Shown: positions 48,599-59,515 of the stretch, piece after piece
How the letters are laid out: every line of letters begins with the position of its first letter
Position numbering within the stretch: position 1 is the first letter of the stretch
Assembly (NCBI GenBank): GCA_963803275.1
Contig: CAWDLS010000014.1
Location: 91,567 to 155,566 of the forward strand
Reading direction: 5' to 3'
DNA length: 64,000 nt
From: an uncultured Gammaproteobacteria bacterium
GTDB lineage: Bacteria; Pseudomonadota; Gammaproteobacteria; UBA9214
Program-made: the position numbers and the translations under genes
Notes under the pieces: generated by a model
What the model was told of the DNA's origin: nothing
The model's database searches: none
The model's input: only the letters and a program-made list of their open reading frames with translations

Positions 48599-49330
48599 AT
48601 GAAATATTATGGATACATACTGGTTTTATTGGCAGCTACGGCACAGGCGGAAGTCTATAAATCCATCAATGCCGACGGTGAGATAATCTACAGCGACGTG
48701 CCTACACGGGGCGCAAAGCGTGTACAGTTGCCGGCATTGCCGACCTACACCCCTGCGCCGCTACCGGTGGCACCGGCGCCCGTCAGCCCAAAACAGGCTG
48801 CCGGTACTGCTTACAGCGGATTTTCGATGACCAGTCCGCGTGATGACGAAACCATTCGCAGCAATGCCGGTATCGTGAACCTGTCTGTAACGCTGGAACC
48901 GGGATTGCAGATCGAGGAAGGGCACAGAATCCAGTATTTTCTGGATGACAAGCCACAGGGCAAGCCTGTCGCCCGCACGAGCAGCAGCTTCAATAACGTC
49001 GACCGCGGTACGCACAGGGTGTCTGCCACGGTGATTGATGAAAGCGGCGCATCGATAATCAAAACCGCACCGGTGACGGTGCACATCATGCGTGTTGCCA
49101 TCCTGCATCCGAACAATCCGCTCAATCCCGCCAACCAGGGCAGCAATAACGGTGCAGGTACCGGCGGTACCAGCGGTTCCGGCAACGGCAGCAGCAATGG
49201 CAGTAACACCGGCTCCAGCGGCAGTAAGGCTCAGTCCGGCTCCAGCGGCGGTAATGCCGGCGCCAGCGGCGATAGTGGCGGTAGTGCTGCCGGCAGCACG
49301 GGCAGTTCGTCCAGATCGGTTGGCTTCTAG
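48599..49330 (+). CDS. DUF4124-domain secreted protein with a Gly/Ser/Asn-rich low-complexity C-terminal tail
   Basis: A signal peptide (MKYYGYILVLLAATAQA) is followed by EVYKSINADGEIIYSD, the DUF4124 signature. It has an AAGGTGG RBS. The 65-aa tail is a GSGNGSSNGSN repeat. Confidence 0.7.
   Translation: MKYYGYILVLLAATAQAEVYKSINADGEIIYSDVPTRGAKRVQLPALPTYTPAPLPVAPAPVSPKQAAGTAYSGFSMTSPRDDETIRSNAGIVNLSVTLEPGLQIEEGHRIQYFLDDKPQGKPVARTSSSFNNVDRGTHRVSATVIDESGASIIKTAPVTVHIMRVAILHPNNPLNPANQGSNNGAGTGGTSGSGNGSSNGSNTGSSGSKAQSGSSGGNAGASGDSGGSAAGSTGSSSRSVGF
49130..49320 (+). repeat. Low-complexity Gly/Ser/Asn codon repeat (GGC/AGC-rich) encoding the tail of the DUF4124 protein
   Basis: ggcagcaatggcagtaacaccggctccagcggcagt... 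are imperfect 9-18 nt tandem units. Confidence 0.6.
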
Positions 49331-49401
49331 CGGCGCCCGCGGGCAGTAAATCATATTGCCCCTGTTACACCGTGGGGTGCGACCCGACATGTAGCCCTGT
49401 C

Positions 49402-49417
49402 GCACTAAATTGGTGCA
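49402..49417. promoter_or_regulatory. NtrC-like dyad upstream of ntrB
   Basis: In GCACTAAATTGGTGCA the right half is a perfect TGGTGCA and the left half matches 5 of 7. Confidence 0.45.
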
Positions 49418-49535
49418 TAATCCCATTCAAGTGCCGTGCACAACGCCAGTTCACGGTGCCCGATAATTTATTTATCTTGCTGTATTCATTATCTATTTTT
49501 TAACCTTAGGGGCGCGTTGTCCTGGCACTCCGTTC

Positions 49536-49551
49536 TGGTTTGTTTATTGCA
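49536..49551 (+). promoter_or_regulatory. Candidate sigma-54 promoter for ntrBC
   Basis: TGGTTTgtttaTTGCA has a perfect -12 TTGCA, and a GG with correct spacing 12 nt upstream of the ntrB start region. The -24 element is weak. Confidence 0.4.
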
Positions 49552-49562
49552 GTAGTCACGGC

Positions 49563-50645
49563 ATGCCATCGGATACACCCATACCCCGCATCGCTGCCAG
49601 GCGCGTACTCGACAACCTGAGCACGGCGGTGCTGGTATTCGACAGTCAGTCGCGCCTGGTGTATCTGAATCAGGCCGGTGAAATCATGCTGGCACACAGC
49701 GCGCGTTATGCCTGCGGCCGTTCCGTGTATGAACTGGTATCCAATGCCGGGGTGCTGATCGAGCAGCTTACCGGCGCCATCACCCGGCAACAGGTCATTG
49801 CCAAGCGTGGCTGCCTGCTGGCGTTGCCGGATGCGCCGGATTTGAAGGTCAACTGTACGTTCACTCCCGTAACGGAGTCGAACCATGTGCAATTCGTACA
49901 GCTTGAGCTGCATCAGGTCGACCATCACCTGCGCGTCGAGCAGGAGGAATTGCTCATCAACCAGCAGGAGGCAACACATGCGCTGGTGCGTGGCCTCGCG
50001 CACGAGATCAAGAACCCGCTGGGTGGATTGCGTGGTGCGGCGCAATTGCTGGAACGCGAAATCAGGGACACATCGCTGAAAGAATACACGCGCATCATTA
50101 TCGGGGAAGCCGATCGTCTGCAAGCGTTGATGGATCGGATGCTGGGGCCAAACAGCTTGCCGAACATGCAGCCGGTGAACATCCACCGGGTACTGGAAAG
50201 GGTGCGTGAACTGGTTATCGCGGAAGCCGGACAAGGACTGCTGATTTTCCAGGATTACGACCCCAGCCTGCCCGACCTCAATGCCGATGCGGACCAGCTC
50301 ATTCAGGCAATACTCAACATCGTTCGCAACGCCTGTCAGGCGCTCGACGGGAAGGGAGAAATCATCCTGCGCACACGTGTTTTGCGCAATTTCAATATCG
50401 GTGCGCGCAAGCACCGTCTCATTGCACGCATAGAAATTATAGACAATGGTCCGGGTATCGACGAGGAACTGCGCAAGAAAATTTTCTACCCGATGGTTAC
50501 CAACCGCAGTGATGGCAGTGGGCTGGGCCTGTCCATTGCACAGGCACTCGTCAGCCGTCACCACGGATTGATCGAGTGCAACAGCCAGCCCGGGGAAACA
50601 ACATTCATTATCCTGATACCACTGGATGAATTGCATGGAGCATAG
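49563..50645 (+). CDS. glnL: Nitrogen regulation sensor histidine kinase NtrB
   Basis: It has a PAS domain, the H-box (LAHEIKNPLGGLRGAAQLL) and an ATPase domain (N, G1, G2 boxes). It is 360 aa. Confidence 0.92.
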   Translation: MPSDTPIPRIAARRVLDNLSTAVLVFDSQSRLVYLNQAGEIMLAHSARYACGRSVYELVSNAGVLIEQLTGAITRQQVIAKRGCLLALPDAPDLKVNCTFTPVTESNHVQFVQLELHQVDHHLRVEQEELLINQQEATHALVRGLAHEIKNPLGGLRGAAQLLEREIRDTSLKEYTRIIIGEADRLQALMDRMLGPNSLPNMQPVNIHRVLERVRELVIAEAGQGLLIFQDYDPSLPDLNADADQLIQAILNIVRNACQALDGKGEIILRTRVLRNFNIGARKHRLIARIEIIDNGPGIDEELRKKIFYPMVTNRSDGSGLGLSIAQALVSRHHGLIECNSQPGETTFIILIPLDELHGA

Positions 50646-52038
50646 CAACAAGGTTTTCGTTATTGATGATGACAGGTCGATACGCTGGGTGCTTGACAAG
50701 GCGCTTACCACGGCAAACCTGCAGGTCGAGAGTTTCGATTCCGGTGATACGGCACTTGCTGCGATCGATCGCGAGGAACCGGCGGTCATCCTGACGGACA
50801 TTCGCATGCCGGGAATCGATGGTCTGGATCTGCTCGAGCGTATCCAGGCATCACATCCCGAGTTGCCGGTTATTATCATGACCGCACACTCCGATCTCGA
50901 CAGTGCGGTTGCTGCGTTCAAGGGGGGTGCATTCGAGTACCTGCCCAAGCCGTTTGATATCGACGACGCGGTAGCGCTCGTGAGCCGTGCACTCGAGGCG
51001 CGTGCCCAGCATCCAACAACGGCTGTTGCAACAGACAATCGGCGGGTGCCCGAAATCATCGGCAAGGCTCCGGCGATGCAGGAAGTGTTTCGGGCGATCG
51101 GTCGACTGGCAAATTCCAACGCGACAGTACTGATCAACGGGGAATCGGGCACCGGCAAGGAACTGGTGGCACTGGCATTGCATCGCCACAGCCAGCGTTC
51201 CACCAAGCCGTTCGTTGCGCTTAACATGGCAGCGATACCGCGTGACCTGCTCGAGTCGGAACTGTTCGGGCATGAGCGCGGTGCGTTCACCGGTGCGCAG
51301 AACCGGCGGACGGGACGGTTTGAGCAGGCCGACAGTGGCACGCTGATGCTGGACGAGATCGGCGATATGCCAGCAGAACTGCAAACCCGCCTGTTGCGTG
51401 TGCTTGCGGACGGCGAATTCTACCCGGTTGGCGCGCACACGCCGAAAAAGGTGGATGTGCGCATCATCGCAGCAACTCACCAGGACCTGGAGACACTGGT
51501 GAAGGAAGGCAGGTTCCGCGAGGACCTGTTTCACCGCCTCAACGTCATTCGCCTGCAGCTGCCACCACTGCGTGAACGGCGTGAGGATATCCCTGCGCTG
51601 TTGCAGCATTTCCTGGGTCTGGCCGCCAGCGAGCTGGCCGTGGATGCAAAGTCACTGTCGCGCGAAGCCATTACGTATCTTGCAAAACTTGACTGGCCTG
51701 GCAATGTCAGGCAGCTCGAGAACCTGTGTCGCTGGCTCACGGTCATGGCGCCTGGCCAGGAAATTCATGTCGAGGACCTGCCCAATGACCTGGACGGGGC
51801 GGTGCGTGATGCGGAACCGGCAGGCGAGAGCTGGCAGGCGACCTTGCGAAAGTGGGCCCAGCAGCAGCTGGCCAGCGGGTCCAGACGGTTACTGGATGAT
51901 GCGCTGCCGGCCTTTGAGCGTACCCTGATCGAGGTTGCGCTACAGCAAACCGGCGGTCACCGTCAGGAAGCGGCCCGCCTGCTTGGCTGGGGACGCAATA
52001 CCCTCACGCGCAAGCTTAAGGAGCTCGAGATGAAATAG
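50635..52038 (+). CDS. glnG: Nitrogen regulation response regulator NtrC (sigma-54 enhancer-binding protein)
   Basis: It has a receiver domain (VFVIDDD), a sigma-54 AAA+ domain (GESGTGKE, GAFTGA) and a C-terminal Fis-type HTH. The start MEHSN overlaps the ntrB end by 11 nt. Confidence 0.93.
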   Translation: MEHSNKVFVIDDDRSIRWVLDKALTTANLQVESFDSGDTALAAIDREEPAVILTDIRMPGIDGLDLLERIQASHPELPVIIMTAHSDLDSAVAAFKGGAFEYLPKPFDIDDAVALVSRALEARAQHPTTAVATDNRRVPEIIGKAPAMQEVFRAIGRLANSNATVLINGESGTGKELVALALHRHSQRSTKPFVALNMAAIPRDLLESELFGHERGAFTGAQNRRTGRFEQADSGTLMLDEIGDMPAELQTRLLRVLADGEFYPVGAHTPKKVDVRIIAATHQDLETLVKEGRFREDLFHRLNVIRLQLPPLRERREDIPALLQHFLGLAASELAVDAKSLSREAITYLAKLDWPGNVRQLENLCRWLTVMAPGQEIHVEDLPNDLDGAVRDAEPAGESWQATLRKWAQQQLASGSRRLLDDALPAFERTLIEVALQQTGGHRQEAARLLGWGRNTLTRKLKELEMK

Positions 52039-52330
52039 TCGTCCTCCTGATGTCCGCAGTAAGGAACACTTCGCATTCAGGCGAATGTGCCCTGCAAGGC
52101 GGACGCAAAGGAACAAGCAGTTGCTGTGCACAATGTACAGCGCTACATCCGGCTTTTTTACTGACGGCGATAATGCGGTTCCCGCATCGTGTCGTGGCCG
52201 GTGCAACGGGAGCAAGCTGCCGCTTTCTGCGCCGGTCCGCTGATTGATCGGGACGGCCGGGTGCGCTGTCGATCCCGTCTGCCGTGATCCTGTGTAGAAG
52301 GCGCCGTGAAGACCGCTGCCTGCCAGCCGC

Positions 52331-53302
52331 TCACATGCTGCAGGCGCTGGCGCTGTCATGCAGCGTGAGGCTGCCGATGAGCGGGGTGATGTTGTCCAGC
52401 TGGTGTTGTTCGAGGTAGTCGAGAATGCCGGCGTTGATACGGCGGCAGACCAGCGGGTCGTAGAACAGCGCGGTGCCGATGCCGACGGCGCTGGCGCCAG
52501 CGATGAGAAACTCGATGGCATCCGTGGCGCTGGTGATCCCGCCCTGGCCGATGATGGGGATATTGTGTTGCCGGCACACCTGGTAGACCTGGTGGACCTT
52601 GAGCAGCGCAACCGGCTTGATGGCGGGGCCGGACAACCCGCCCTGGTTGTTGCCGATGACCGGAGTGCGCGTCTCGATATCGATGGCCATGCCCATCAGG
52701 GTATTGATCACGGCGAAGGCGTCGCTGCCGGCCTCGATGCAACGCCGCGCGTTTTCTGCGATATCGGTCTGGTTGGGAGACAGCTTGGTGACGAGCGGCT
52801 TGCCGGTGACCGCACGGCAGGCGGAGACGACACGTGCCGACATGTCAGGGTCGTTGCCGAAGGCAACTCCGCCTTCCTTCACATTCGGGCAGGAGATATT
52901 GATCTCGATGGCATCGATCGGTGAATTATCGAAGCGGCGGGTGACCTCGACGTATTCTTCCACGGTGGAGCCGGATACGTTGGCGATAAAGCGCGTTTCA
53001 CTGAAATCCAGTTCCGGGAGCGTCTTGCTGACGACGTGATCAGCCCCTGGATTCTGCAGGCCTATGGCGTTGAGCATGCCGGCGGGCGTTTCCGTAATCC
53101 GGTGTGGCCGGTTACCGAGACGCGGCAACAGCGTGGTGCCCTTGAGACAGACCGCACCGACATCGCAGTTGGAAAAGCCTTCGACGCGGGTGTATTCTTC
53201 GCCGAAGCCGACGCAGCCGGAGAGCAGTACCAGCGGCGTTGCAAACGACAATCCGCAGAAGTCCACCTTGAGTTTTTGCTTGTCAGTACCGCCCATCGGC
53301 AT
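52331..53302 (-). CDS. Dihydroorotate dehydrogenase family protein (class-1-like catalytic subunit; no Fe-S tail)
   Basis: FATPLVLLSGCVGFGEE, NVSGSTVEE, EINISCPN and GGI-S.TDA are DHOD family motifs. It is 323 aa. Confidence 0.75.
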   Translation of the reverse strand: MPMGGTDKQKLKVDFCGLSFATPLVLLSGCVGFGEEYTRVEGFSNCDVGAVCLKGTTLLPRLGNRPHRITETPAGMLNAIGLQNPGADHVVSKTLPELDFSETRFIANVSGSTVEEYVEVTRRFDNSPIDAIEINISCPNVKEGGVAFGNDPDMSARVVSACRAVTGKPLVTKLSPNQTDIAENARRCIEAGSDAFAVINTLMGMAIDIETRTPVIGNNQGGLSGPAIKPVALLKVHQVYQVCRQHNIPIIGQGGITSATDAIEFLIAGASAVGIGTALFYDPLVCRRINAGILDYLEQHQLDNITPLIGSLTLHDSASACSM

Positions 53303-53324
53303 CAGGGTCCTGCAAGGGTGAGAG

Positions 53325-53798
53325 ATGTTTCATGTGGTACTTTACCAGCCGGAAATTCCTCCGAATACCGGCAATATCATACGCCTTTGCGCCAACACGG
53401 GCAGCACGCTGCACCTGATACACCCGCTCGGCTTCGAGCTCGATGACCGCAGGCTGCGGCGCGCAGGGCTGGACTACCGCGAGTTTGCGGTGGTCGAGGA
53501 GCATGCCTCGCTCGCTGCGTTTGCGCTGGCCGTGCAGCCGGCCAGTATCCGCGCCGTCTCGACCCGGGGCGCGCGTGTTTACTCGGAGATCACCTATCAA
53601 CCGGATGATGCATTCCTGTTCGGGCCGGAAACACGAGGTCTTCCGGGCGAACTCCTCGATGCGCTCGGTGCGGACGCCGTGCTGCGCGTGCCGATGTTGC
53701 GGTCCAGCCGCAGTCTGAACCTTTCCAACGCGGTAGCGGTGCTGGTCTACGAGGCATGGCGCCAGCAGGGCTTCAGGGGTTCGACAGATTCACTCTGA
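53325..53798 (+). CDS. trmL: tRNA (cytidine34/uridine34-2'-O)-methyltransferase TrmL (SpoU family)
   Basis: [37 protein letters not shown] is the canonical TrmL/YibK start. It is 157 aa. Confidence 0.9.
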   Translation: MFHVVLYQPEIPPNTGNIIRLCANTGSTLHLIHPLGFELDDRRLRRAGLDYREFAVVEEHASLAAFALAVQPASIRAVSTRGARVYSEITYQPDDAFLFGPETRGLPGELLDALGADAVLRVPMLRSSRSLNLSNAVAVLVYEAWRQQGFRGSTDSL

Positions 53799-54791
53799 AC
53801 GGATGTCTTCGCGCGACAGCAGGTTATGCACGGCCGCGTGCGGCGTAAGACCCTCATGCAATACCCGGAAGACCTGTTCCGAGATCGGCATTTCGACACG
53901 GTAGGTCCGGGCAAGCTGAACGACTTCATGTGCGGTATTGAAGCCCTCGATGACCTGGCCAATATCCCTGACAGCGACATCCAGTGCCGTGCCCCGCCCG
54001 AGCGCCAGCCCAAGACGGCGGTTGCGTGACAGGTCATCGGTGCACGTGAGGATGAGATCGCCCATGCCTGCGAGTCCCATCAGGGTCTCGCGCCGTGCCC
54101 CCATGGCGTCGCCGAGCCGTATGATTTCCGCAAGGCCGCGTGTGATCAGCGCGGCACGACTGTTGGCACCCAGATGCAGGCCGTCGGTGATTCCGGAGGC
54201 TATGGCAAGGACATTCTTTACTGTCCCACCGAGCTGCACGCCCAGCATGTCGTCACTGGTATACACGCGCATGACATCGCCATGCAGGCGCGCGGCCAGA
54301 TCGTTTGCGAACACCGCATTGGTGGAGGCAACCGTCAGTGCAGTCGGCAGGCCCCTGGCTACCTCGAGCGCAAAGGTCGGGCCGGACAGGACGGCAGCCG
54401 GATATTTCGTTCCCGTCACTTCTTCAAGCACGTCGCTCATGAACTTGCCGCTGCCGTATTCCAGGCCCTTGGTTGCCCACGCGATGCGCATGCGATCGTC
54501 GAGCAGCGGCATCATCCGCACAAGCACCTCCCTGAAGGCATGACTGGGTACTACGACCAGCAGATCGCGGGACTTGCCGATGGCGGCAGGCAGATCTGAT
54601 TCGACAACCAGACTGGCCGGAAACGGGATGTCCGGAAGATACACCATGTTCCGGCGTTCCCCGGCGAGGGTGCGCATGAATTCGGGTTGATGACCCCAGA
54701 GGCAGGTTGCGTTGTTGTTCGACGCCAGGCGTATCGCCAGTGCCGTGCCCCAGGAGCCGGCGCCAAGGACGGTAATCGGTTTGTGGATCAT
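53790..54791 (-). CDS. gpsA: NAD(P)H-dependent glycerol-3-phosphate dehydrogenase
   Basis: [18 protein letters not shown] is the Rossmann motif. It is 333 aa. Confidence 0.93.
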   Translation of the reverse strand: MIHKPITVLGAGSWGTALAIRLASNNNATCLWGHQPEFMRTLAGERRNMVYLPDIPFPASLVVESDLPAAIGKSRDLLVVVPSHAFREVLVRMMPLLDDRMRIAWATKGLEYGSGKFMSDVLEEVTGTKYPAAVLSGPTFALEVARGLPTALTVASTNAVFANDLAARLHGDVMRVYTSDDMLGVQLGGTVKNVLAIASGITDGLHLGANSRAALITRGLAEIIRLGDAMGARRETLMGLAGMGDLILTCTDDLSRNRRLGLALGRGTALDVAVRDIGQVIEGFNTAHEVVQLARTYRVEMPISEQVFRVLHEGLTPHAAVHNLLSREDIRSE

Positions 54792-54858
54792 GATCTCAGG
54801 GTCTGGCCGTCCGCACCTGGTGACGTCGAGGGATCATGGATGCGGCATCAGGTACGTT

Positions 54859-55342
54859 TCAGTTGCTGGCCGTTTCCCGCTGTTCGCCCGCTTCTGCAAA
54901 CCGCTTCTTGTACAGCACTTCGAAATTGACCGGTGCAAGCAGTAATTGCGGGAACCCGCCCCGCGTGACGAGATCGGACACGACGAAAGCCGCATACGGG
55001 TAAAGCATGCGCAGACAATAGACGTTGAGGACCCTGTGCAGTCGATCCGCATCGAAGCCCTGCAGGTAGAAGATCCCGGCCTGCTGCACCTCGGCGAGGT
55101 AGGCTACCTTGTCCTCGATCTTCGTTGTCACCGACAGTGTAAGCACCACTTCATAATGGCTGTCAGGCAGCTCAGTAGCCTGCTGGCCAAGATCCACATT
55201 GAGGACCGGTTTCCATCCCCTGGTGAAGATCTCCGGCGAATTCGGCGTCTCGAAGGAGATGTCCTTGATGTAGACCTTCTGGTTTTGTATGCCAGTGCTG
55301 TGTTCCGGATTCCGGTCGGCGTCCTGTTCGTGTTCGGCCATG
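54859..55342 (-). CDS. secB: Protein-export chaperone SecB
   Basis: FNVDLGQQATELPDSHYEVVLTLSVTTK and the acidic C-terminus match SecB. The start MAEHEQD at 55342 is chosen over the longer ORF to 55419. Confidence 0.88.
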
Positions 55343-55402
55343 GCTGGTTTCCCTGAAGATGTTAGGTTGTTGTGTTGTGACGCCCTGGGTGGACGGATCT
55401 GT

Positions 55403-55828
55403 CTAGTTGCTTCTGGCAAGCGGCAGTTCGGCCTTTTGCCAGCCGAGTATGCCGCCTTTCAGGTTATACACGGATGTGAAGCCCTGCTTGCGCAGTGTTC
55501 TGCAGAATGCGACCGACCGGCTGCCGCTGTTGCAGTAGACAATCACGGGCCGGTTGCGGTATTTATCGAGTACTGCAAGGTTTTCCTGCGATGGAACATG
55601 CCTTGCATTGACGATGTGGCCGTTGCGGTATTCATCGTCACTGCGCATGTCGACCATAATGGCATTGTCGTGATTGAGCATGCGGGTAGCCTCCCCGGGT
55701 CCCAGCTCGCTCGTACCGCTCAGTCGTTGCCGGATTTCGCCGCCGACCAGCATGGCGAGAATGACAAACAGCGCCAGCACCAGGACCAGGTGATTTCCGC
55801 TGAATTCAATAAGCTGGCTGATATCCAT
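55403..55828 (-). CDS. yibN: Membrane-anchored rhodanese-like sulfurtransferase (YibN family)
   Basis: It has an N-terminal transmembrane helix and a rhodanese domain with the active-site Cys loop VYCNSGSRS. It resembles E. coli YibN in length and layout and sits upstream of secB-gpsA as in E. coli. Confidence 0.8.
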   Translation of the reverse strand: MDISQLIEFSGNHLVLVLALFVILAMLVGGEIRQRLSGTSELGPGEATRMLNHDNAIMVDMRSDDEYRNGHIVNARHVPSQENLAVLDKYRNRPVIVYCNSGSRSVAFCRTLRKQGFTSVYNLKGGILGWQKAELPLARSN

Positions 55829-55914
55829 GGGTTCCCCGGGGACAGGCTGTCGCTACAGCTGGTCGTGTCTCCTGTTGAAGATACATTGCCGGGCCGTGGG
55901 ATCGGCGGGACGCG

Positions 55915-56229
55915 TCAGGGGCTGGTACAGAATACTTCACGCATCATGCTGATCAGCCTGAGCGTGCGCGCATCTCCAACGCGGTAATAAACGCGGTTGG
56001 CATCCTTGCGCGAGGCCAGGATGCCCTTGTCACGGAGGATGGCGAGATGTTGTGAGATGTTGCTCTGCGATGTGCCTACTCGCTCGACGATATCCTGCAC
56101 ACTGATCTCCTGGTCGCCCAGGGTACACAGTATTTTCAGCCGTAGCGGATGTGACATGGCCTTGAGCGAGCGTGAGGCCCGATCAATGTCTTCAGCACGG
56201 GTAATCAGTATTTCTTCGCTCGCTGTCAT
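55915..56229 (-). CDS. ArsR/SmtB-family transcriptional regulator, YgaV/BigR/SqrR-like
   Basis: [16 protein letters not shown]...[29 protein letters not shown]...REVFCTSP is closely parallel to E. coli YgaV (LKAMSHPKRLLILCML...SQHLARMRDEGLI...KNVYCP), including the two conserved Cys positions. Confidence 0.8.
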   Translation of the reverse strand: MTASEEILITRAEDIDRASRSLKAMSHPLRLKILCTLGDQEISVQDIVERVGTSQSNISQHLAILRDKGILASRKDANRVYYRVGDARTLRLISMMREVFCTSP

Positions 56230-56431
56230 CCAACAGCCCCTCTGTGTGTGTGAAGAGTTACATGTACCTGCATTCATTATTAAAACATTATACAATAATA
56301 AACCACCCGGGCCACAAGCGCTGAACAATAAACCGGCCCGGCTGAGCCTGTCTGCACCACCCTGCCATTTTGAACCTGCCCGCAGAGATGGCTATGTAAT
56401 GCATGATAATTTAGACTTCTCCCCCGATACT

Positions 56432-58051
56432 ATGACTGGACAGCAAAAACAGCATCGGAATCGCCCGGCAAGGCCCATGGTATTACTGATCCTGGATGGC
56501 TGGGGCTTCAGCGACAAACCGCAGCACAACGCCATTGCAGCAGCGCGCAAGCCGGTGTGGGATGCGCTCTGGGAGTCCTATCCGCACATGCTGATCCGTA
56601 CCTCGGGGGCCGCCGTTGGCCTGCCGGCCGACCAGATGGGCAACTCCGAGGTAGGCCACCTGAACCTCGGCGCCGGACGTGTCGTGTACCAGGAATTTAC
56701 CCGCGTCAGCCGGGCCATCAAGACCGGTTCGTTCTTCACCAACCTGACCCTGACCGATGCCGCTGACAAGGCCGTCGAGAGTGGCCGCGCCGTGCACATT
56801 CTCGGCCTGCTGTCGCCCGGTGGGGTGCACAGCCATGAAGAACACATCCATGCCATGGTCGAGCTTGCCGTACAGCGGGGTGTGAAGCAGGTTTACCTGC
56901 ATGCCTTCCTCGATGGTCGCGACACACCACCGCACAGCGCCAGGGCGTCCATCCAGGCCATGGAGGACCAGTTCAAAAGATTGCAGGGTGGCCGCTTTGC
57001 CTCCGTCATCGGCCGCTACTACGCCATGGATCGCGATCATCACTGGCCGCGTATCCAGGCGGCCTATGATTTGATCACGCAGGGCAAGGCGGATTACGTC
57101 GCGACCGACGCGCTGGGCGCGCTCGAGCAGGCCTATGCGCGTGGCGAAAGCGACGAATTCGTCAAGGCCACGTCCATCGTCCCCGCGGGAACGCAGCCGG
57201 TGAACATCGTGGATGGTGATATCGTCATTTTCATGAATTACCGTTCCGATCGTGCCCGACAGATCACGCGGCCGTTCATAGAAACCGAATTCGACGGTTT
57301 TGTGCGCGTGGTTCAGCCCCGGCTCGGTGATTTTGTCAGCCTGACCGAATACAAGTCGGATTTCAGCGTACACGTCGCCTATCCGGCCGAACGGCTGAAA
57401 AATGTGTTCGGGGAATACATTTCCAGCCATGGCCTGCGCCAGCTGCGCCTGGCTGAAACGGAAAAATACGCCCATGTCACTTTTTTCTTTAACGGAGGTG
57501 TTGAACAGCCGTTCGAGGGTGAGGAACGCGTGCTCGTGAAGTCACCGATGGTGGCAACCTATGACCTTCAGCCCGAGATGAGCGCCGTCGAGGTCACTGA
57601 CCGCCTGGTGGAGGCACTGCAAGGCGGCACCTTCGATGTCATCATCTGCAATTACGCCAATGCCGATATGGTCGGTCATTCCGGGAGGTTTGACGCGACA
57701 GTCAAGGCCATCGAGGCGCTCGATCAGGCGCTGGGACGGGTACTGAAGGCCGTCCAGGAATGCGGTGGCGAAATGCTGATAACCGCGGATCACGGCAATG
57801 CCGAGCAGATGCTGGATGAGGAAGCCGGCCAGCCGCACACGGCGCATACCAGCAACCTGGTGCCGCTGATCTACGTGGGACGACCGGCGCTGATGGCCGA
57901 GCACGGGGCCCTGTCCGATGTGATACCCAGCATGATGTACCTGATGAACATGGAGATTCCGCCGGAAATGACCGGCACCCCGCTGCTGACCCTGCGCCCT
58001 GAAAGCGATGCCGGCGACGCGCCGGAAGCACCCGTAGAAATGCATGGCTGA
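56432..58051 (+). CDS. gpmI: 2,3-bisphosphoglycerate-independent phosphoglycerate mutase
   Basis: [11 protein letters not shown]...[18 protein letters not shown]...[11 protein letters not shown] matches GpmI throughout. An alternative in-frame ATG lies at 56399. The 55997 ORF start is upstream read-through. Confidence 0.92.
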   Translation: MTGQQKQHRNRPARPMVLLILDGWGFSDKPQHNAIAAARKPVWDALWESYPHMLIRTSGAAVGLPADQMGNSEVGHLNLGAGRVVYQEFTRVSRAIKTGSFFTNLTLTDAADKAVESGRAVHILGLLSPGGVHSHEEHIHAMVELAVQRGVKQVYLHAFLDGRDTPPHSARASIQAMEDQFKRLQGGRFASVIGRYYAMDRDHHWPRIQAAYDLITQGKADYVATDALGALEQAYARGESDEFVKATSIVPAGTQPVNIVDGDIVIFMNYRSDRARQITRPFIETEFDGFVRVVQPRLGDFVSLTEYKSDFSVHVAYPAERLKNVFGEYISSHGLRQLRLAETEKYAHVTFFFNGGVEQPFEGEERVLVKSPMVATYDLQPEMSAVEVTDRLVEALQGGTFDVIICNYANADMVGHSGRFDATVKAIEALDQALGRVLKAVQECGGEMLITADHGNAEQMLDEEAGQPHTAHTSNLVPLIYVGRPALMAEHGALSDVIPSMMYLMNMEIPPEMTGTPLLTLRPESDAGDAPEAPVEMHG

Positions 58052-59327
58052 CAGGCAGGTCACGGATCCGGCAAACAGCCCGTGTTCGCGCCGCGCGCAT
58101 GGCCATGCAGAAATTTCCGCCACTGCGGCCATCATCCCGCTGATCCTTGCCGTCGTGCTGTTGGCCGTGTTCAGCGGCAGGTGGACGCTTGCCGCCGGGA
58201 ACGACCGGATTGCACAGGAGACGGAAAAACTGCAGCTGTTGCGTGAACGTATCAGCAAGCTCAAGGGCGAGCTGGAATCAGTGCGCGGCCAGCACGATAC
58301 ACAGCAGGCGGCGCTGGAAGAGATCGACAAGGCGATCGGCGTGACCTCTGCCGAACTGCGCAGGCTCGGCGGTCAGGAGGATGCGGCACGGCAGGAGCTG
58401 GCCCGTCTCGAAGGCGAGCGCGATGCCGTCAGGTCAAGGCTCATCGGGATGCGCGCCGTGCTGGCAAGGGAATTGCTGGCGGCTTACCGCAACGGCCGTC
58501 AGGAACGCATCAAGCTGTTGCTGAACCAGGATGATCCCGCCGTGGTCGGACGCGTTCTGGCCTACCAGGGATACTTCACGCGGGCACGCACCCGGCGCAT
58601 GAAGGCGTTTCGCGACTCGCTCGACCAGTTGCATGACGCGGAACAGGTGCTGCTCGAACAACAGGCGGTGCTGGCAGGATTGCGTGCCGAACAGGAACAG
58701 AAATCGGCGCAGCTCGTCGCGGAAAAAGACCGCCAGGGCGGTATTCTCGCGGATCTGAAACGGCGTCTGGCAGGCGGGACATCGCAGCTCTCCGAACTCG
58801 AGGCGGACGAGCAGCGTGTCAATACCCTGCTGGCATCGCTGCAGCAGGCCCTGCGGGATATCCAGGATGACGCCGTGCGCCGGCAGCACCTGCGTGCGCT
58901 CAAGGGCAAGCTGGAATGGCCGGTGGCTGGCACCATCAGTATGCGCTTTGGCGCGCAGCAGGCCGCCGGCAAGATGCGGTCGCGGGGTGTCCATATCGCC
59001 ACGCGCTCCGGGGCGGACATTCACGCAATCGCACGCGGGCGCGTGGTATTTTCCGACTGGTTACGAGGATTTGGCCTGTTGATGATCCTCGACCATGGTG
59101 ACGGTTACATGTCGCTGTACGGTGAAAACAGCAGCCTTTATAAGGGCGTCGGAGAATGGGTCGGGCGTGGTGACGTCATTGCCGCGGCCGGCAACAGCGG
59201 CGGGCAGTTGCGCACCGGACTGTATCTCGAGTTGCGCAAGGACGGCCAGCCAGTCAACCCGGATGGCTGGTTCAAGGGTCAACCGGCATCGTTGCGGGCG
59301 GGCCGCACGGGTGCCGGGGGCGGTTGA
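58044..59327 (+). CDS. envC: Murein hydrolase activator EnvC-like (coiled coil plus LytM/M23 domain)
   Basis: A signal or transmembrane segment is followed by a long coiled coil ([21 protein letters not shown]...) and a C-terminal M23 LytM domain ([46 protein letters not shown]). The start is uncertain. Confidence 0.8.
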   Translation: MADRQVTDPANSPCSRRAHGHAEISATAAIIPLILAVVLLAVFSGRWTLAAGNDRIAQETEKLQLLRERISKLKGELESVRGQHDTQQAALEEIDKAIGVTSAELRRLGGQEDAARQELARLEGERDAVRSRLIGMRAVLARELLAAYRNGRQERIKLLLNQDDPAVVGRVLAYQGYFTRARTRRMKAFRDSLDQLHDAEQVLLEQQAVLAGLRAEQEQKSAQLVAEKDRQGGILADLKRRLAGGTSQLSELEADEQRVNTLLASLQQALRDIQDDAVRRQHLRALKGKLEWPVAGTISMRFGAQQAAGKMRSRGVHIATRSGADIHAIARGRVVFSDWLRGFGLLMILDHGDGYMSLYGENSSLYKGVGEWVGRGDVIAAAGNSGGQLRTGLYLELRKDGQPVNPDGWFKGQPASLRAGRTGAGGG

Positions 59328-59515
59328 ATCTAATCCGGTTTTGCATGTCATAACAGCGATCGGGCCAGGCATTCATGCACCAATCAAGGAGTTTCGTATC
59401 AAGCCGATACCGCTTCTGGCAACGCTGTGATAATGTTGATGTTTCCCGATAACAGCGCAACGGCTTGCAGCACCCTGCGGGACACCGACCGGTTGACGCA
59501 CTACGGACACGAGAG

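Noticed and set aside
52130-52190. Possible bidirectional terminator between ntrC and the convergent pyrD-like gene (ATGTA-cagcgc-TACAT followed by ccggctttttt, and ATGCGG-ttc-CCGCAT)
   Set aside because: The stems are short and AT-rich, or are not followed by a U-tract in the right orientation. This is too weak to call as a feature.
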